Source: a virus | Strand: one strand, 5' to 3' | IMG/VR virus record: IMGVR_UViG_3300028376_000003 | Location: 1-64,000 of that record | Length of the DNA: 64,000 nucleotides | Shown here: positions 30,894-40,664 of the stretch, in pieces | Position numbering within the stretch: the first letter of the stretch is position 1 | Layout of the letters: each line of letters begins with the position of its first letter | Made by a program: the position numbers and the translations under genes | The notes under the pieces: generated by a model | What the model was told of the DNA's origin: nothing | Databases searched by the model: none | What the model saw: only the letters and a program-made list of their open reading frames with translations

Positions 30894-31473
30894 AAAATTT
30901 AGTGATTATAGATTAGTATCAGAAAATATAAAATATCACATTGATAATAGTATAAGTTTTACAAATAATATATTTAGAACTGGTTCTGAGTCATTTTACA
31001 TACTTCTAGAAGAAGTTAGAAATCTATACGAAGATGGTGTTATAGAATTGGTTGATTTAGATATGGAACTCTATGAAAATACTGATATAGGCAGATATGG
31101 GATTTATAAAGGTATAAAAGTACCATTAGATATACCTTCTGAATCAGATGAGTACATAATAGAAGAGAAGAAACACGAATATAAAGGTGGTAAAAAAGTA
31201 GAAATAAACAAACCAACTCGGTCAAGTGGTCCAAAGAAATATAAAGTATATGTTAAAAATCCAGATACTGGGAATATAATAAAGATAAACTTTGGTGATA
31301 AAAAAGGTGGACTTAGTGTTAAATTAGATGATAAAGAAGCTAGTAAAAACTTTGCGGCTAGACATGACTGTAAGAATAAAAAAGATAAGACAACTGCTGG
31401 ATATTGGTCATGTAGGTTGCCAAGATATGCAGATTCTTTAGGTATTAGTGGTCAATCAAATAGCTATTGGTGA
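30880..31473 (+). CDS. Conserved phage-type protein with leader
   Basis: MGIIKKFSDY..VSE; KKYKVYVKNP...FGD...FAARHDC...AGYWSCR. Confidence 0.65.
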   Translation: MGIIKKFSDYRLVSENIKYHIDNSISFTNNIFRTGSESFYILLEEVRNLYEDGVIELVDLDMELYENTDIGRYGIYKGIKVPLDIPSESDEYIIEEKKHEYKGGKKVEINKPTRSSGPKKYKVYVKNPDTGNIIKINFGDKKGGLSVKLDDKEASKNFAARHDCKNKKDKTTAGYWSCRLPRYADSLGISGQSNSYW

Positions 31474-31475
31474 AT

Positions 31476-31739
31476 ATGGAGAATCCTTATACAGAAAATA
31501 AGATAAGTAAAAACACTTTCATAAGAGAGTTTTCACAAGCTATTCCATCTAATGAAATGGTTTGGCATCGTGATGAAGAGGATAGATATATTACATGTAT
31601 AAATGAGTGTAATTGGAAAATACAATTGGATAACGAATTACCTAAAAGCATAACAGAAAATACATTTATACCTAAAGAGACCTACCATAGGATAATAAAG
31701 GGTAATGGTAATCTAATAATAAGAATAATTAAAAAATAA
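31476..31739 (+). CDS. Small cupin-like protein
   Basis: WHRDEEDR...FIPKETYHRIIKG. Confidence 0.65.
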   Translation: MENPYTENKISKNTFIREFSQAIPSNEMVWHRDEEDRYITCINECNWKIQLDNELPKSITENTFIPKETYHRIIKGNGNLIIRIIKK

Positions 31740-31991
31740 CTATTTCAAAACTCTCTTAATATTATAGTTTCGCTTAGCAACCTTATCAACAGGCTCTATT
31801 ATTAGTTCACCATCATATATCTTTATACACCATTCACTTCCATCTTTTTCATCTTTGAGGGTTATTGAAGTAGCAGTGACACAATTAGTGAAAGTATTAT
31901 TATCACTAAATACTAAACTCGTATTGTTTGTAAGATTAGATGATATAAGATTAGATGATATAAGATTGGTTGATGTAGGAATTTTGCTCAT
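31740..31991 (-). CDS. Small protein with SNLIS repeats and C-terminal RNYNIKRVL motif
   Basis: 15-bp coding tandem repeat near 31930-31968. Confidence 0.55.
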   Translation of the reverse strand: MSKIPTSTNLISSNLISSNLTNNTSLVFSDNNTFTNCVTATSITLKDEKDGSEWCIKIYDGELIIEPVDKVAKRNYNIKRVLK

Positions 31992-32017
31992 TTTACTATT
32001 ATATACTAAAATATTAA

Positions 32018-32311
32018 TTAGTTTATATATTTATCATATATAAACTCACAAATTAATTTAATTCTTTTATCTTGTCTATGCATATCCATAGCCTCTTGTA
32101 CTAATTCTTTAGTAATCAATTTATCTACTTGTTCTATAACTTCATCAATTTCTTTAAAAGCTTTTTCTGAAATCTCTCCTTCTTCCATCATAATATGGGT
32201 AATGCCAGATTTTAACATTTTGATAAAATCTTTTTCTGGACTCACTTTATTACCAAAGAAATCTGTATAACCCAACTCCTTACCTTCTAATACTTTTGTA
32301 AATTTTTTCAT
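32018..32311 (-). CDS. Small protein with MKKFTKVLE leader
   Basis: AATATATA 4 nt before the ATG. Confidence 0.6.
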   Translation of the reverse strand: MKKFTKVLEGKELGYTDFFGNKVSPEKDFIKMLKSGITHIMMEEGEISEKAFKEIDEVIEQVDKLITKELVQEAMDMHRQDKRIKLICEFIYDKYIN

Positions 32312-32341
32312 AGATTATATATTATATTGAACCATTTACCC

Positions 32342-32349
32342 TATATTTG
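32342..32349 (+). promoter_or_regulatory. Bacteroidota-type -7 box TATATTTG
   Basis: Upstream of the metallophosphoesterase gene. Confidence 0.55.
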
Positions 32350-32365
32350 TACAAAAACTAAATAG

Positions 32366-32968
32366 ATGAAACATTTTAAACAAAATATATTTTTTATAAG
32401 TGATTTACATTTTTGTCACAAAAAAATATTAGATTTTGACAAGAGACCATTTCCAAACATTGATGATATGAATGAATGTTTAATAAATAACTGGAACTCA
32501 GTGGTAAAAGATGGTGATATAGTATACTTTTTAGGTGATTTTAGCTTTAGTGGCACAGCTATAAGAAAAGAAATAGCAGATTCCTTAAATGGTACTATTT
32601 ATTTTATACTAGGAAACCACGATAGTTATAAAAACATCTTAAAAACTAATAGATTTGAAGATATAATAAGTTATGGTACTGAGATTTATGTAAAGGATGA
32701 AAGTATTGTAGATACTGAAAGAAATGGTGGCTTTCAAATGATTGTATTATCGCATTATCCTATTATAGTATGGAACAAATGCCATGTAGGGTCTTGGATG
32801 CTACACGGACATACACATGGGTCTTTATATGCTACACAGAAAGATATTCTATATAGAAGAAAAATTGAAGATGTAGGCTGTAATGTTATTAACTATACAC
32901 CAAAATCATATGTTGAAATAAGAGAAATAATGAATAATAGGATAATTACAGAAAATTATAAAAATTAA
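32366..32968 (+). CDS. Calcineurin-like metallophosphoesterase
   Basis: SDLH, LGD, GNHD, SHYP, HGHTH. Confidence 0.9.
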   Translation: MKHFKQNIFFISDLHFCHKKILDFDKRPFPNIDDMNECLINNWNSVVKDGDIVYFLGDFSFSGTAIRKEIADSLNGTIYFILGNHDSYKNILKTNRFEDIISYGTEIYVKDESIVDTERNGGFQMIVLSHYPIIVWNKCHVGSWMLHGHTHGSLYATQKDILYRRKIEDVGCNVINYTPKSYVEIREIMNNRIITENYKN

Positions 32969-33013
32969 TATATTTATCATATAAAAACTTTTATATATAA
33001 CTATAAAAAAGTT

Positions 33014-33472
33014 ATGAAGCATTTAAAAACATTTAATGAAAGCGTAGAAAGTGATATAGACACACTATGTGAAAAATTTGGCATAAAGAATTACACAGTA
33101 AATAGCAATGGTAGTATCGATGTAAAAGGCGATGTTAATTTAGCTAATAAAAATTTAGCCAAATTACCAATCACCTTTTCAATGGTCGGTGGGAGTTTCT
33201 ATTGTCAAGACAATAAATTAGAGTCATTAGTTGGGTCTCCTAAAGAGGTTGTAAAGGACTTTGACTGTAGTAAAAATAAATTGAAAAATTTGAAAGGATC
33301 CCCTTCACATGTTCGTGATTTTGATTGTTCATATAATAAATTAGAGACTTTGGTAGGATCTCCTTCACACGCTCGTAATTTCGATTGTAGAAATAATCAG
33401 TTAACTTCATTAAAAGGATTGAATCAAAAACAAATGAAAAAGGTACAATCTGATGGTAATAACATTAAATAA
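33014..33472 (+). CDS. LRR-like repeat protein with MKHLKTFNES leader (orphan paralog of 39135-41588)
   Basis: Same N-cap (YTVNSNGSIDVKGDVNL...LPITF) and four FxCxxNxLxxLxGSP repeats. Confidence 0.75.
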   Translation: MKHLKTFNESVESDIDTLCEKFGIKNYTVNSNGSIDVKGDVNLANKNLAKLPITFSMVGGSFYCQDNKLESLVGSPKEVVKDFDCSKNKLKNLKGSPSHVRDFDCSYNKLETLVGSPSHARNFDCRNNQLTSLKGLNQKQMKKVQSDGNNIK

Positions 33473-33500
33473 AATTTAATTAATTAAGTTCTCTTATCAT

Positions 33501-33546
33501 AATAATTTAACCCCATATCTATAAAGAAATATGGGGTTAAATTATT
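33501..33546. terminator. Long hairpin, probable terminator
   Basis: AATAATTTAACCCCATAT-N10-ATATGGGGTTAAATTATT (18-bp stem). Confidence 0.75.
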
Positions 33547-33567
33547 GCTAGTGTATTATAAATACAC

Positions 33568-33575
33568 TATATTTG
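33568..33575 (+). promoter_or_regulatory. Bacteroidota-type -7 box TATATTTG with TTG 20 nt upstream
   Basis: Follows the terminator and precedes the 33635 gene cluster. Confidence 0.5.
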
Positions 33576-33634
33576 CTTATCAAAAAAATAAAACATAATA
33601 ACTAAATTTCAATTTAAAACTGATAAAAATTAAT

Positions 33635-33904
33635 ATGGTTAATATAGAAATGTATATAGAGAAGTGTAAAGATTCAAACAATCACATATTATTCAGTCAG
33701 AATATTATTAGATACAATACTAATAATTTAATGAATATGGATGATGCTAGATTGTTTATAATGTCTTATCTACCTAATAAATTAAAAGATATAGAATATA
33801 GCCTTGTTATTACATCAAATGGTGATGTAGTAAACATTAAGGTTATATTTAACTATAATAAAGGAATAACCAGAGAATGTAAAATAAAAGAGATAGTCGG
33901 ATGA
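33635..33904 (+). CDS. Hypothetical protein with C-terminal RECKIKEIV motif
   Basis: ORF track; shared motif. Confidence 0.55.
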   Translation: MVNIEMYIEKCKDSNNHILFSQNIIRYNTNNLMNMDDARLFIMSYLPNKLKDIEYSLVITSNGDVVNIKVIFNYNKGITRECKIKEIVG

Positions 33905-33920
33905 ATTTAATAGATAGATT

Positions 33921-34268
33921 ATGTGTTATGTATATAAAGTTTCGGATGAGAAAAGACACCAATCTTGTTTATCAGATGAGGTGTATTACAATAATTTAGA
34001 TTGTGATGATGACGCATTTTATAGATTCTTTTATAATGATGATTACTATGATGAACTTACCTATTTAGAAGAATTTAATTATGTAGAGTATGGCAAGCAT
34101 GAAAAAGCTTTAATTAAGGAATATAACATTAATGCAATACAAATAGATTTAAATTCTTTTAAGTCTTTATCAATGGAACGTCAGCGAAAAATGGATATTA
34201 TATTCAAAGGTGAGGTTGGTGTAAAAAGACCAACATTTTCAGATTTACCAAAACAAAAAATTAAATAA
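33921..34268 (+). CDS. Hypothetical acidic protein
   Basis: ORF track; RQRKMDIIF near the C-terminus. Confidence 0.5.
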   Translation: MCYVYKVSDEKRHQSCLSDEVYYNNLDCDDDAFYRFFYNDDYYDELTYLEEFNYVEYGKHEKALIKEYNINAIQIDLNSFKSLSMERQRKMDIIFKGEVGVKRPTFSDLPKQKIK

Positions 34269-35209
34269 TGAAGATAAAAATATTTGAGGGGAATTGGCAG
34301 AGGAAGGATGTACTTGGTAGTCGTGATATTTTTGTATTTGGTGATAATAACGCTAGGGTTGGGAAAGGTGGACAAGCTGTGATAAGAGGTCTGGATAATA
34401 CCTTTGGAATCAGAACTAAAATAGGACCTAATAATAAGCCACTATCTTTCTATAATGATAAAGATTTAAAATCTAATACTCAAAAAATTGATGATGATGT
34501 ATTAAGATTAAAAAAACTTGCACTAGAGGGAAACACAATCGTATTTTCTAGTGGTGGCTATGGTACTGGGTTGTCAAAGTTACCAGAGGTAGCCCCACAG
34601 ACATTTAACCACCTATGTAATATCTTGTTAAGGCATTTCAAATTTGATAATAGAAAAGGTACTAAATACAATAGAGTTCCTGGTTATGACGAACTTATGG
34701 ATGGTAAGTATTTAAACTTAATAAATAGTAATAAAGAAATAATACAACCTGTAAATAATGGCTTATTTATACCAGAGCATCTGAACGCTAAAATATACAC
34801 AGTAGAAAAGTTAATCCAGACAGAAAGAAAGACTGCATTTACCTCAAAAGTAAAATATAAAGAGGGAGAGGTTTTAAAGATTAAAACGTTCGGAAGCAAT
34901 AAATATATAGTAGCTAGAGTTATTAGTAATTATAGAATGGTTGATATAAGCAGAGAATTGTGGTCATTTTTTGATGGTTATAGACACGAACTACTGAATG
35001 GTGTTAATCTAAATCAATACTATCAAGTTCATTTTGAATACATATCAACTTTATCACAGGATGGGACTATTAACTTTAAAGGGGATTTATTTAGTACTAA
35101 CGCTAGTGAACTAAAAAGCAAAGAATCTAATAAAAATATTAACATAGATTCTGATGATAAAATTAAGAAGTTATTAAAAGAGATAGAAGATTTAAAAAAA
35201 AATGAATGA
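34268..35209 (+). CDS. Protein with N-terminal macro/SLOG-like nucleotide-binding domain
   Basis: IFVFGDN...GKGGQA.IR...FGIRTK...GYGTGL.KLPE.AP. Confidence 0.5.
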   Translation: MKIKIFEGNWQRKDVLGSRDIFVFGDNNARVGKGGQAVIRGLDNTFGIRTKIGPNNKPLSFYNDKDLKSNTQKIDDDVLRLKKLALEGNTIVFSSGGYGTGLSKLPEVAPQTFNHLCNILLRHFKFDNRKGTKYNRVPGYDELMDGKYLNLINSNKEIIQPVNNGLFIPEHLNAKIYTVEKLIQTERKTAFTSKVKYKEGEVLKIKTFGSNKYIVARVISNYRMVDISRELWSFFDGYRHELLNGVNLNQYYQVHFEYISTLSQDGTINFKGDLFSTNASELKSKESNKNINIDSDDKIKKLLKEIEDLKKNE

Positions 35210-35290
35210 TGTTTGTGTAGTTCATTTAACAGAGTTGATATACTAATTAGTTTAGAAAATACCTAGATAACACATATTAAAAATAAAATT

Positions 35291-35869
35291 ATGAGTAATA
35301 TTAAAGAGTGCTTCAGGAATTATAAAATATCTATAATTAATGACAAAACTATTTTAAAGCCTTCCTTGGATAGATTTAATATTCTTAAGGATAAATATAA
35401 TTCTATCGATGAAGAAATAGAAGATTATATAATAACTGGATCAGCTTGCTTATATATTTACGGAGTTATAGACAGACTTCCAAATGATTATGATATAATC
35501 ATTAAAAAAAGTTGTTCGCATAAATATAAAACCTTTGTTCTAAGAGATTGCTATGACAATGATATAGAGGTAAATAGACTAGGATATATTGAAATACCAC
35601 ATAAGCAAAAGGTTGTTAGGGGATTTATATCTAAATTAATAGGTAGAATAAGGGACAAGGAAGAGATATTATTAATTGATATTTTTACGAGAGATGATAA
35701 GCAAATAGGTTGTGAAAATGGTGAGATATGTGGTTATATTCTAGACAACCCACTCAATATAATAAATGAAAAAATAAGGATGGGTGGTTTAAAAAACCAT
35801 CAAGATTTAGGGCATATTTTTGGTGTTGATTACATCCATTTGTTCAGAGATCCTCCTTTTGAGTGTTAA
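35291..35869 (+). CDS. Minimal Pol-beta-type nucleotidyltransferase-like protein
   Basis: IITGSACL.IYG...PNDYDII...IDIF...K..DL. Confidence 0.6.
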   Translation: MSNIKECFRNYKISIINDKTILKPSLDRFNILKDKYNSIDEEIEDYIITGSACLYIYGVIDRLPNDYDIIIKKSCSHKYKTFVLRDCYDNDIEVNRLGYIEIPHKQKVVRGFISKLIGRIRDKEEILLIDIFTRDDKQIGCENGEICGYILDNPLNIINEKIRMGGLKNHQDLGHIFGVDYIHLFRDPPFEC

Positions 35870-35913
35870 GCAATGTATTGTTTTTAATATATAAGTAAAA
35901 TTAATATCTAATA

Positions 35914-36483
35914 ATGGACAAATTTTCTAGCTTAAAAAAGAAACCTAAAGAAAAGAAAGATAATATTCTCTTTGATAACGAATATATTAAAGTAATTGAT
36001 TACGAAGGTTGGTCTATAATTGAAGAAAAGGATTTAGTTGTCTGTATACCTTATTTCATAGAGTCTAATCAATTTTTAATACGCCATGAGTACATACCGA
36101 CATATAAGTATAGAGAAGGGCAGGAGTACCATATAACAGTCCTTAGTGGTGGTGTAGAAGAGGGGGAGTCTAAAGAAGAAGCAGTGTTAAGAGAATTAGA
36201 AGAAGAAGCTGGTATAATAATAAAAGATGGTTACTTATTTGATGAACTAAAACCACTCTTTATAAATAAAGGTCATACTAATAAATATTATGGCTATATA
36301 ATTCCTTTGAGTGAGAGAGATTATGATGAAGGATTAGCTAGTGGTGATGGTTCTAAGGCTGAGTCTATGAGTAAATCTGTCAAGGTTGATGCTAAATTCG
36401 TAGATTCACTAAATACATCTGATTTGATAACTGACTATATGATTTTAAAGCTTAAAGAGTATTTAAATGTATCTGATTATTAG
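35914..36483 (+). CDS. Nudix hydrolase
   Basis: Nudix box GGVEEGESKEEAVLRELEEEAG. Confidence 0.9.
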   Translation: MDKFSSLKKKPKEKKDNILFDNEYIKVIDYEGWSIIEEKDLVVCIPYFIESNQFLIRHEYIPTYKYREGQEYHITVLSGGVEEGESKEEAVLRELEEEAGIIIKDGYLFDELKPLFINKGHTNKYYGYIIPLSERDYDEGLASGDGSKAESMSKSVKVDAKFVDSLNTSDLITDYMILKLKEYLNVSDY

Positions 36484-37718
36484 CTAATACCTTTCAAGAA
36501 TTCATTAATACCTTGGTTTAGTTCATCATTATTAATTGATGAAGATTCTGGTGCTGATATTTTTAAATCATATGACCAAGAATTTGACATATATTCCTCA
36601 AAAATTTCATCGATATCACGCTGTGTCATATCATTAACATCAAAATCTGATCCCTCTACCCATTCTTGCTTATATGGTACTCTAAAAAATTTATCACTAG
36701 ATTCTTTATTTTCTTTGGTAATAACTTCACCACCTATTGATTCTAAAATCTTTTTTTCAAATGCATTTTCTACTATCTTGAAATAATCAAATTCTAATCT
36801 TCTTAATTCCAAATCTCTAATAGTGTAATTTAAAGATATTATGGTATCATAATTATCAAATACTTCATCTGATGTATTATGGAATCTTTCATTATATAAG
36901 AAGCTTTTAAATTTATCAATAGAATCTATACCTTCTTCTATATTTAGTTCTTTAAACTCATTTTCATAATATGATTCCCATCCATTTTGCTCTTTTAAAA
37001 ATATATCTATTAACAAATAAAAGTTTTCTTGATTTAATAAAGAAAGTAAATCATGTAAATTCATATCATAGTCTCCATAATCTTCATATTCTGTATATCC
37101 ATTATTTAAAATATTCTCATAATCCTCATCATTCACATATTTTATAAGTTCGGTATATGCTATATCCACAAATACATTACCATCTTTCTCATAATCATAT
37201 TTAAAGTCATAATGTTGGAAGAGCTGCTTAGCTGTTATACTCCCTATTAAGTGATCAACTATTGTGATAATACACTCTTTTCCTAAATTAGATCCTGTTC
37301 TTTTATGTATAAATTCATTATTTTCATTAATGAATATCTCATCTACATCAACTATACCATTGTCTATTTTTATATCTATTTCATAACCAGTCTCTGACTT
37401 TGTATAGTTAGCAATAAACTCTATTGCAGATATTAAAGAAACATTATCACTTGATGTGTTTGAATTAGCACTAAACTCCACATCATATACTAGGTAATAT
37501 TCTTCATCTAATCCTATCATTAAGTCTCTTATATGATATTCTTCTCTTAGAAGAGCTGTCTCTATAATATCTTTATTTATATACATATCCCATTCATTAT
37601 CAGTAAAATCTAAGAAAAATTCCTCTATATCTTGTCTTGTGAATTTTTTCGGTATGTCTAATTTGACATTCGCCTCATTTGCCTCTTTTATGAATTCTAT
37701 ATATTTCTTAATGAACAT
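36480..37718 (-). CDS. Highly acidic protein with MFIKKYIEFIKE leader
   Basis: Shared leader; AATATATA at 37737-37744 (-). Confidence 0.6.
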   Translation of the reverse strand: MFIKKYIEFIKEANEANVKLDIPKKFTRQDIEEFFLDFTDNEWDMYINKDIIETALLREEYHIRDLMIGLDEEYYLVYDVEFSANSNTSSDNVSLISAIEFIANYTKSETGYEIDIKIDNGIVDVDEIFINENNEFIHKRTGSNLGKECIITIVDHLIGSITAKQLFQHYDFKYDYEKDGNVFVDIAYTELIKYVNDEDYENILNNGYTEYEDYGDYDMNLHDLLSLLNQENFYLLIDIFLKEQNGWESYYENEFKELNIEEGIDSIDKFKSFLYNERFHNTSDEVFDNYDTIISLNYTIRDLELRRLEFDYFKIVENAFEKKILESIGGEVITKENKESSDKFFRVPYKQEWVEGSDFDVNDMTQRDIDEIFEEYMSNSWSYDLKISAPESSSINNDELNQGINEFLKGIS

Positions 37719-37745
37719 ATTTATGGTTATTTTTATTATATATTA

Positions 37746-37775
37746 AAAAACCACTATGTGTTCATAGTGGTTTTT
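37746..37775 (-). terminator. Intrinsic terminator merged with the next promoter
   Basis: AAAAACCACTATG-TGTT-CATAGTGGTTTTT. Confidence 0.85.
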
Positions 37776-37796
37776 AATACCTGTTCGATTATTAAT

Positions 37797-38663
37797 TTAT
37801 ATTCTATTGAGGAGTTCTTTCTTTTTATTAGAAAATTCTTCTTCTGTTATAACATCACTTTCAAGTAAATTATGTAATTTGTTTATTAATTCTATAACAC
37901 CATCTGAATTTTTTGATTTACCTTTCTTTTTAATTATTTCAATAGGCTTTATACTCTCTGGTAATAGCATAATAGAAACAGAAGATATACAATAGCTTTC
38001 GAAATCCATTTCTACACTTTGAAAGTTTTGATTTGAAACATCACCCCTTTCAACTCTTCCAGTTTCAATACTACTACTTACATCTAATCCAAGAACATCA
38101 CTAGTTAACGTTGAACTATAAAAACTATTATTAGTTAATGTTGAATTAGATGAACTATTATTAGTTAATGTATAATTACCACTATTTAAATTAAAACTCG
38201 TTCCAGTATTAGTAGTGTATGTACACCAAGGATAGGGATGGGTGTAAGTAATTGGGTAGTTCTGATATCCACCATACCAATATTGGTTCAATGGTATGTT
38301 AAATTGCTTCACTTCTTCTTTATAGAAATATACATCAACCACACCATTATTAGAAATAGCTTCTTTGGCTTCTGGTGATTCCCCAATATTATATGTTTCA
38401 AATATAAACTTTTTTAAGTCGTCAATAAAGCAGTCTAAATATACTCTTTGTCCTGGTTTTACAATGAGTCCATTTTCTGAAATAGAAGTCTTATTTATCT
38501 TAATATCTGCTAAGATATTTTCACTTAGCGGATTAAATAATTCTATTTCAAAGTTTTCTTTATTTTTTAGATAAACTTTTCCATTTTTAATCGATTTTCT
38601 TCCTTTGTCTTTAGAAGATACGACCCAAGCATTAGGCTTAGGCTTTAAAATTTGTTTTTTCAT
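37797..38663 (-). CDS. Hypothetical protein with C-terminal SHOCT-like domain
   Basis: Ends LHNLLESDVITEEEFSNKKKELL; low-complexity TLTNNS repeats. Confidence 0.65.
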   Translation of the reverse strand: MKKQILKPKPNAWVVSSKDKGRKSIKNGKVYLKNKENFEIELFNPLSENILADIKINKTSISENGLIVKPGQRVYLDCFIDDLKKFIFETYNIGESPEAKEAISNNGVVDVYFYKEEVKQFNIPLNQYWYGGYQNYPITYTHPYPWCTYTTNTGTSFNLNSGNYTLTNNSSSNSTLTNNSFYSSTLTSDVLGLDVSSSIETGRVERGDVSNQNFQSVEMDFESYCISSVSIMLLPESIKPIEIIKKKGKSKNSDGVIELINKLHNLLESDVITEEEFSNKKKELLNRI

Positions 38664-38858
38664 AGTTATTCTTTTTATTTTTAAACCTATATCTTTGATT
38701 CTTAATCAAATCTTTAAGACACCATAATGATATCCGACATAAGCAGTGAACAGCTAACGTATATATTAATATAAACACCTCCCTTTATATAATTATTATC
38801 TATATTTATTAGGTTTTCATATTATATGTTGTATATTTGTAGTGTAAACTTTTATATT

Positions 38859-39131
38859 ATGGAAAATTTTAAGAGAATAATCGAAGGACATTCAGATGTA
38901 GAGTATGATTTTGAATGTTATGAAAACACTGATGTCATAGAAATTGGGGATGCTTATATATTTTTCTTTGCTGGTATTGCTGATGTCCAAAGATGTTCTA
39001 GTGATACTGAAAAGAATGAAATAAATAAAAATGATAGAATTAAATCAGATACTGTTATAGATTTTGTAACTGGGTTTTGGACAAATTGTTATAAAATAAA
39101 AACAACAAGTTTTGATTTAAGTGATATTTAA
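38859..39131 (+). CDS. Hypothetical early protein
   Basis: TATATTTG at 38832-38839 favours ATG 38859. Confidence 0.55.
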   Translation: MENFKRIIEGHSDVEYDFECYENTDVIEIGDAYIFFFAGIADVQRCSSDTEKNEINKNDRIKSDTVIDFVTGFWTNCYKIKTTSFDLSDI

Positions 39132-39134
39132 TCA

Positions 39135-39929
39135 TTATTCTATTATTTTATAGTGTTTTTTAATACCTTCTAAGTCAGGCATTTTTAAATCATTATCATT
39201 AATTAAAGTTCGAAGCCTATCTAACATAACAGTATCGCCATTTCTAACTATTTCATAATCTATGAAATCTTCTATGAGAAAACTATCTGCGTTTTTGATA
39301 AAGGTAAATATTAAAGAGTTTACTGGATTCCCATCTATGATTATAGGACCATTTACTTCTGGGAAGTATTCCATATCAGTTAATTTATTATTATCGCATC
39401 CAAAATAACCACCTACTGTTTGTGGACCATCCTCTAATGATATTAATTTATTATATGAACAATCAAAGCTACCATCTACTGTTTGTGGACAACCTTTTAA
39501 TAGTTTCAAATAATTATCAGAGCAATTAAAACTACCACTAATCGTTTGTGGACTACCTTCTAATGATACTAACTCATTAAAATAACATTTAAAATCCCCC
39601 TCTACTGTTTGTGGACAACTCTCCAATGACTTTAATCCATTAGAAGAACATTTAAAATCCCCCTCTACTGTTTGTGGACTACCTTCTAACGATTTTAATT
39701 TATTATGATGACAATAAAAATTACCACTCACATAATTAAATTTAAGTGGTAAATATTCTAAGTATCTTCTGTTTAAATATACACCACCATCAACATCAAT
39801 GCTCAAATCATCATTAATAGTATAATCTATTATTTTATACTTTTTACACACTTGTATAACTTCCTCTCTTGTAGTTGGAAATTTAGGACCATTGCTTTCG
39901 AATATCTTATAAGGTTTTATATGTTTCAT
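39135..39929 (-). CDS. LRR-like 21-aa repeat protein (6 repeats) with MKHIKPYKIFES leader
   Basis: VxGxFxCxxNxLxxLEGxPQT repeats between conserved N- and C-caps. Confidence 0.8.
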   Translation of the reverse strand: MKHIKPYKIFESNGPKFPTTREEVIQVCKKYKIIDYTINDDLSIDVDGGVYLNRRYLEYLPLKFNYVSGNFYCHHNKLKSLEGSPQTVEGDFKCSSNGLKSLESCPQTVEGDFKCYFNELVSLEGSPQTISGSFNCSDNYLKLLKGCPQTVDGSFDCSYNKLISLEDGPQTVGGYFGCDNNKLTDMEYFPEVNGPIIIDGNPVNSLIFTFIKNADSFLIEDFIDYEIVRNGDTVMLDRLRTLINDNDLKMPDLEGIKKHYKIIE

Positions 39930-39931
39930 GT

Positions 39932-40663
39932 CTATTCTATTATTTTATATTTTTTTTTAATTTCTTCTAAGTCAGGCATTTCTAAATCGTTATCTCTAAT
40001 GAATGTTTGAAGCCTATCTAACATAACAGTATCTCTATTTCTAACTATTTCATAATCTATAAAATCTTCTATCATAAAGATATCAGCATTTTCAATAAAA
40101 GTATATACTAATAGATTTACTAGATTTGCCCCCATATCTATAGTTCCATTTACTTCTGGGAAATGTTCTAAGTCCTTTAATTCATTACTATAACAATCAA
40201 AATTACCATTTACTGTTTGTGAACCACCCTCTAGTGTTTCTAATTCATTATAGGAACAATCAAAATCACCATCTACTGTTTGTGGACTACCTTCTAATGA
40301 TACTAACTCATTAAAATAACAAATAAAACGCCCACCTACTGTTTGTGGACAACTCTCCAATGACTTTAATCCATTAGAAGAACATTTAAAATCCCCCTCT
40401 ACTGTTTGTGGACTACCTTCTAACGATTTTAATTTATTATCATAACAATAAAAATTACCACTCACATAATTAAATTTAAGTGGTAAGTATTCTAATTTTT
40501 CCTTCTCTAAATATACACTACCATCAACACCAATACTTAAATCATCGTTTATGGTATAATTTTCTATTTCATACTTTTCACACACTTGTATAACTTCCTC
40601 TCTTGTAGTTGGGAAGTTAGGACTTTTATTCTCGAATATTTTATAAGGTTTTATATGTTTCAT
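39932..40663 (-). CDS. LRR-like 21-aa repeat protein (5 repeats)
   Basis: Paralog; 105 bp identical to its neighbour (40336-40440 = 39602-39706). Confidence 0.8.
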   Translation of the reverse strand: MKHIKPYKIFENKSPNFPTTREEVIQVCEKYEIENYTINDDLSIGVDGSVYLEKEKLEYLPLKFNYVSGNFYCYDNKLKSLEGSPQTVEGDFKCSSNGLKSLESCPQTVGGRFICYFNELVSLEGSPQTVDGDFDCSYNELETLEGGSQTVNGNFDCYSNELKDLEHFPEVNGTIDMGANLVNLLVYTFIENADIFMIEDFIDYEIVRNRDTVMLDRLQTFIRDNDLEMPDLEEIKKKYKIIE

Positions 40664-40664
40664 T

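Noticed and set aside
34268-34291. MKIKIFEG as another capsid-targeting leader
   Set aside because: Weak match, and the gene is not behind a late box.
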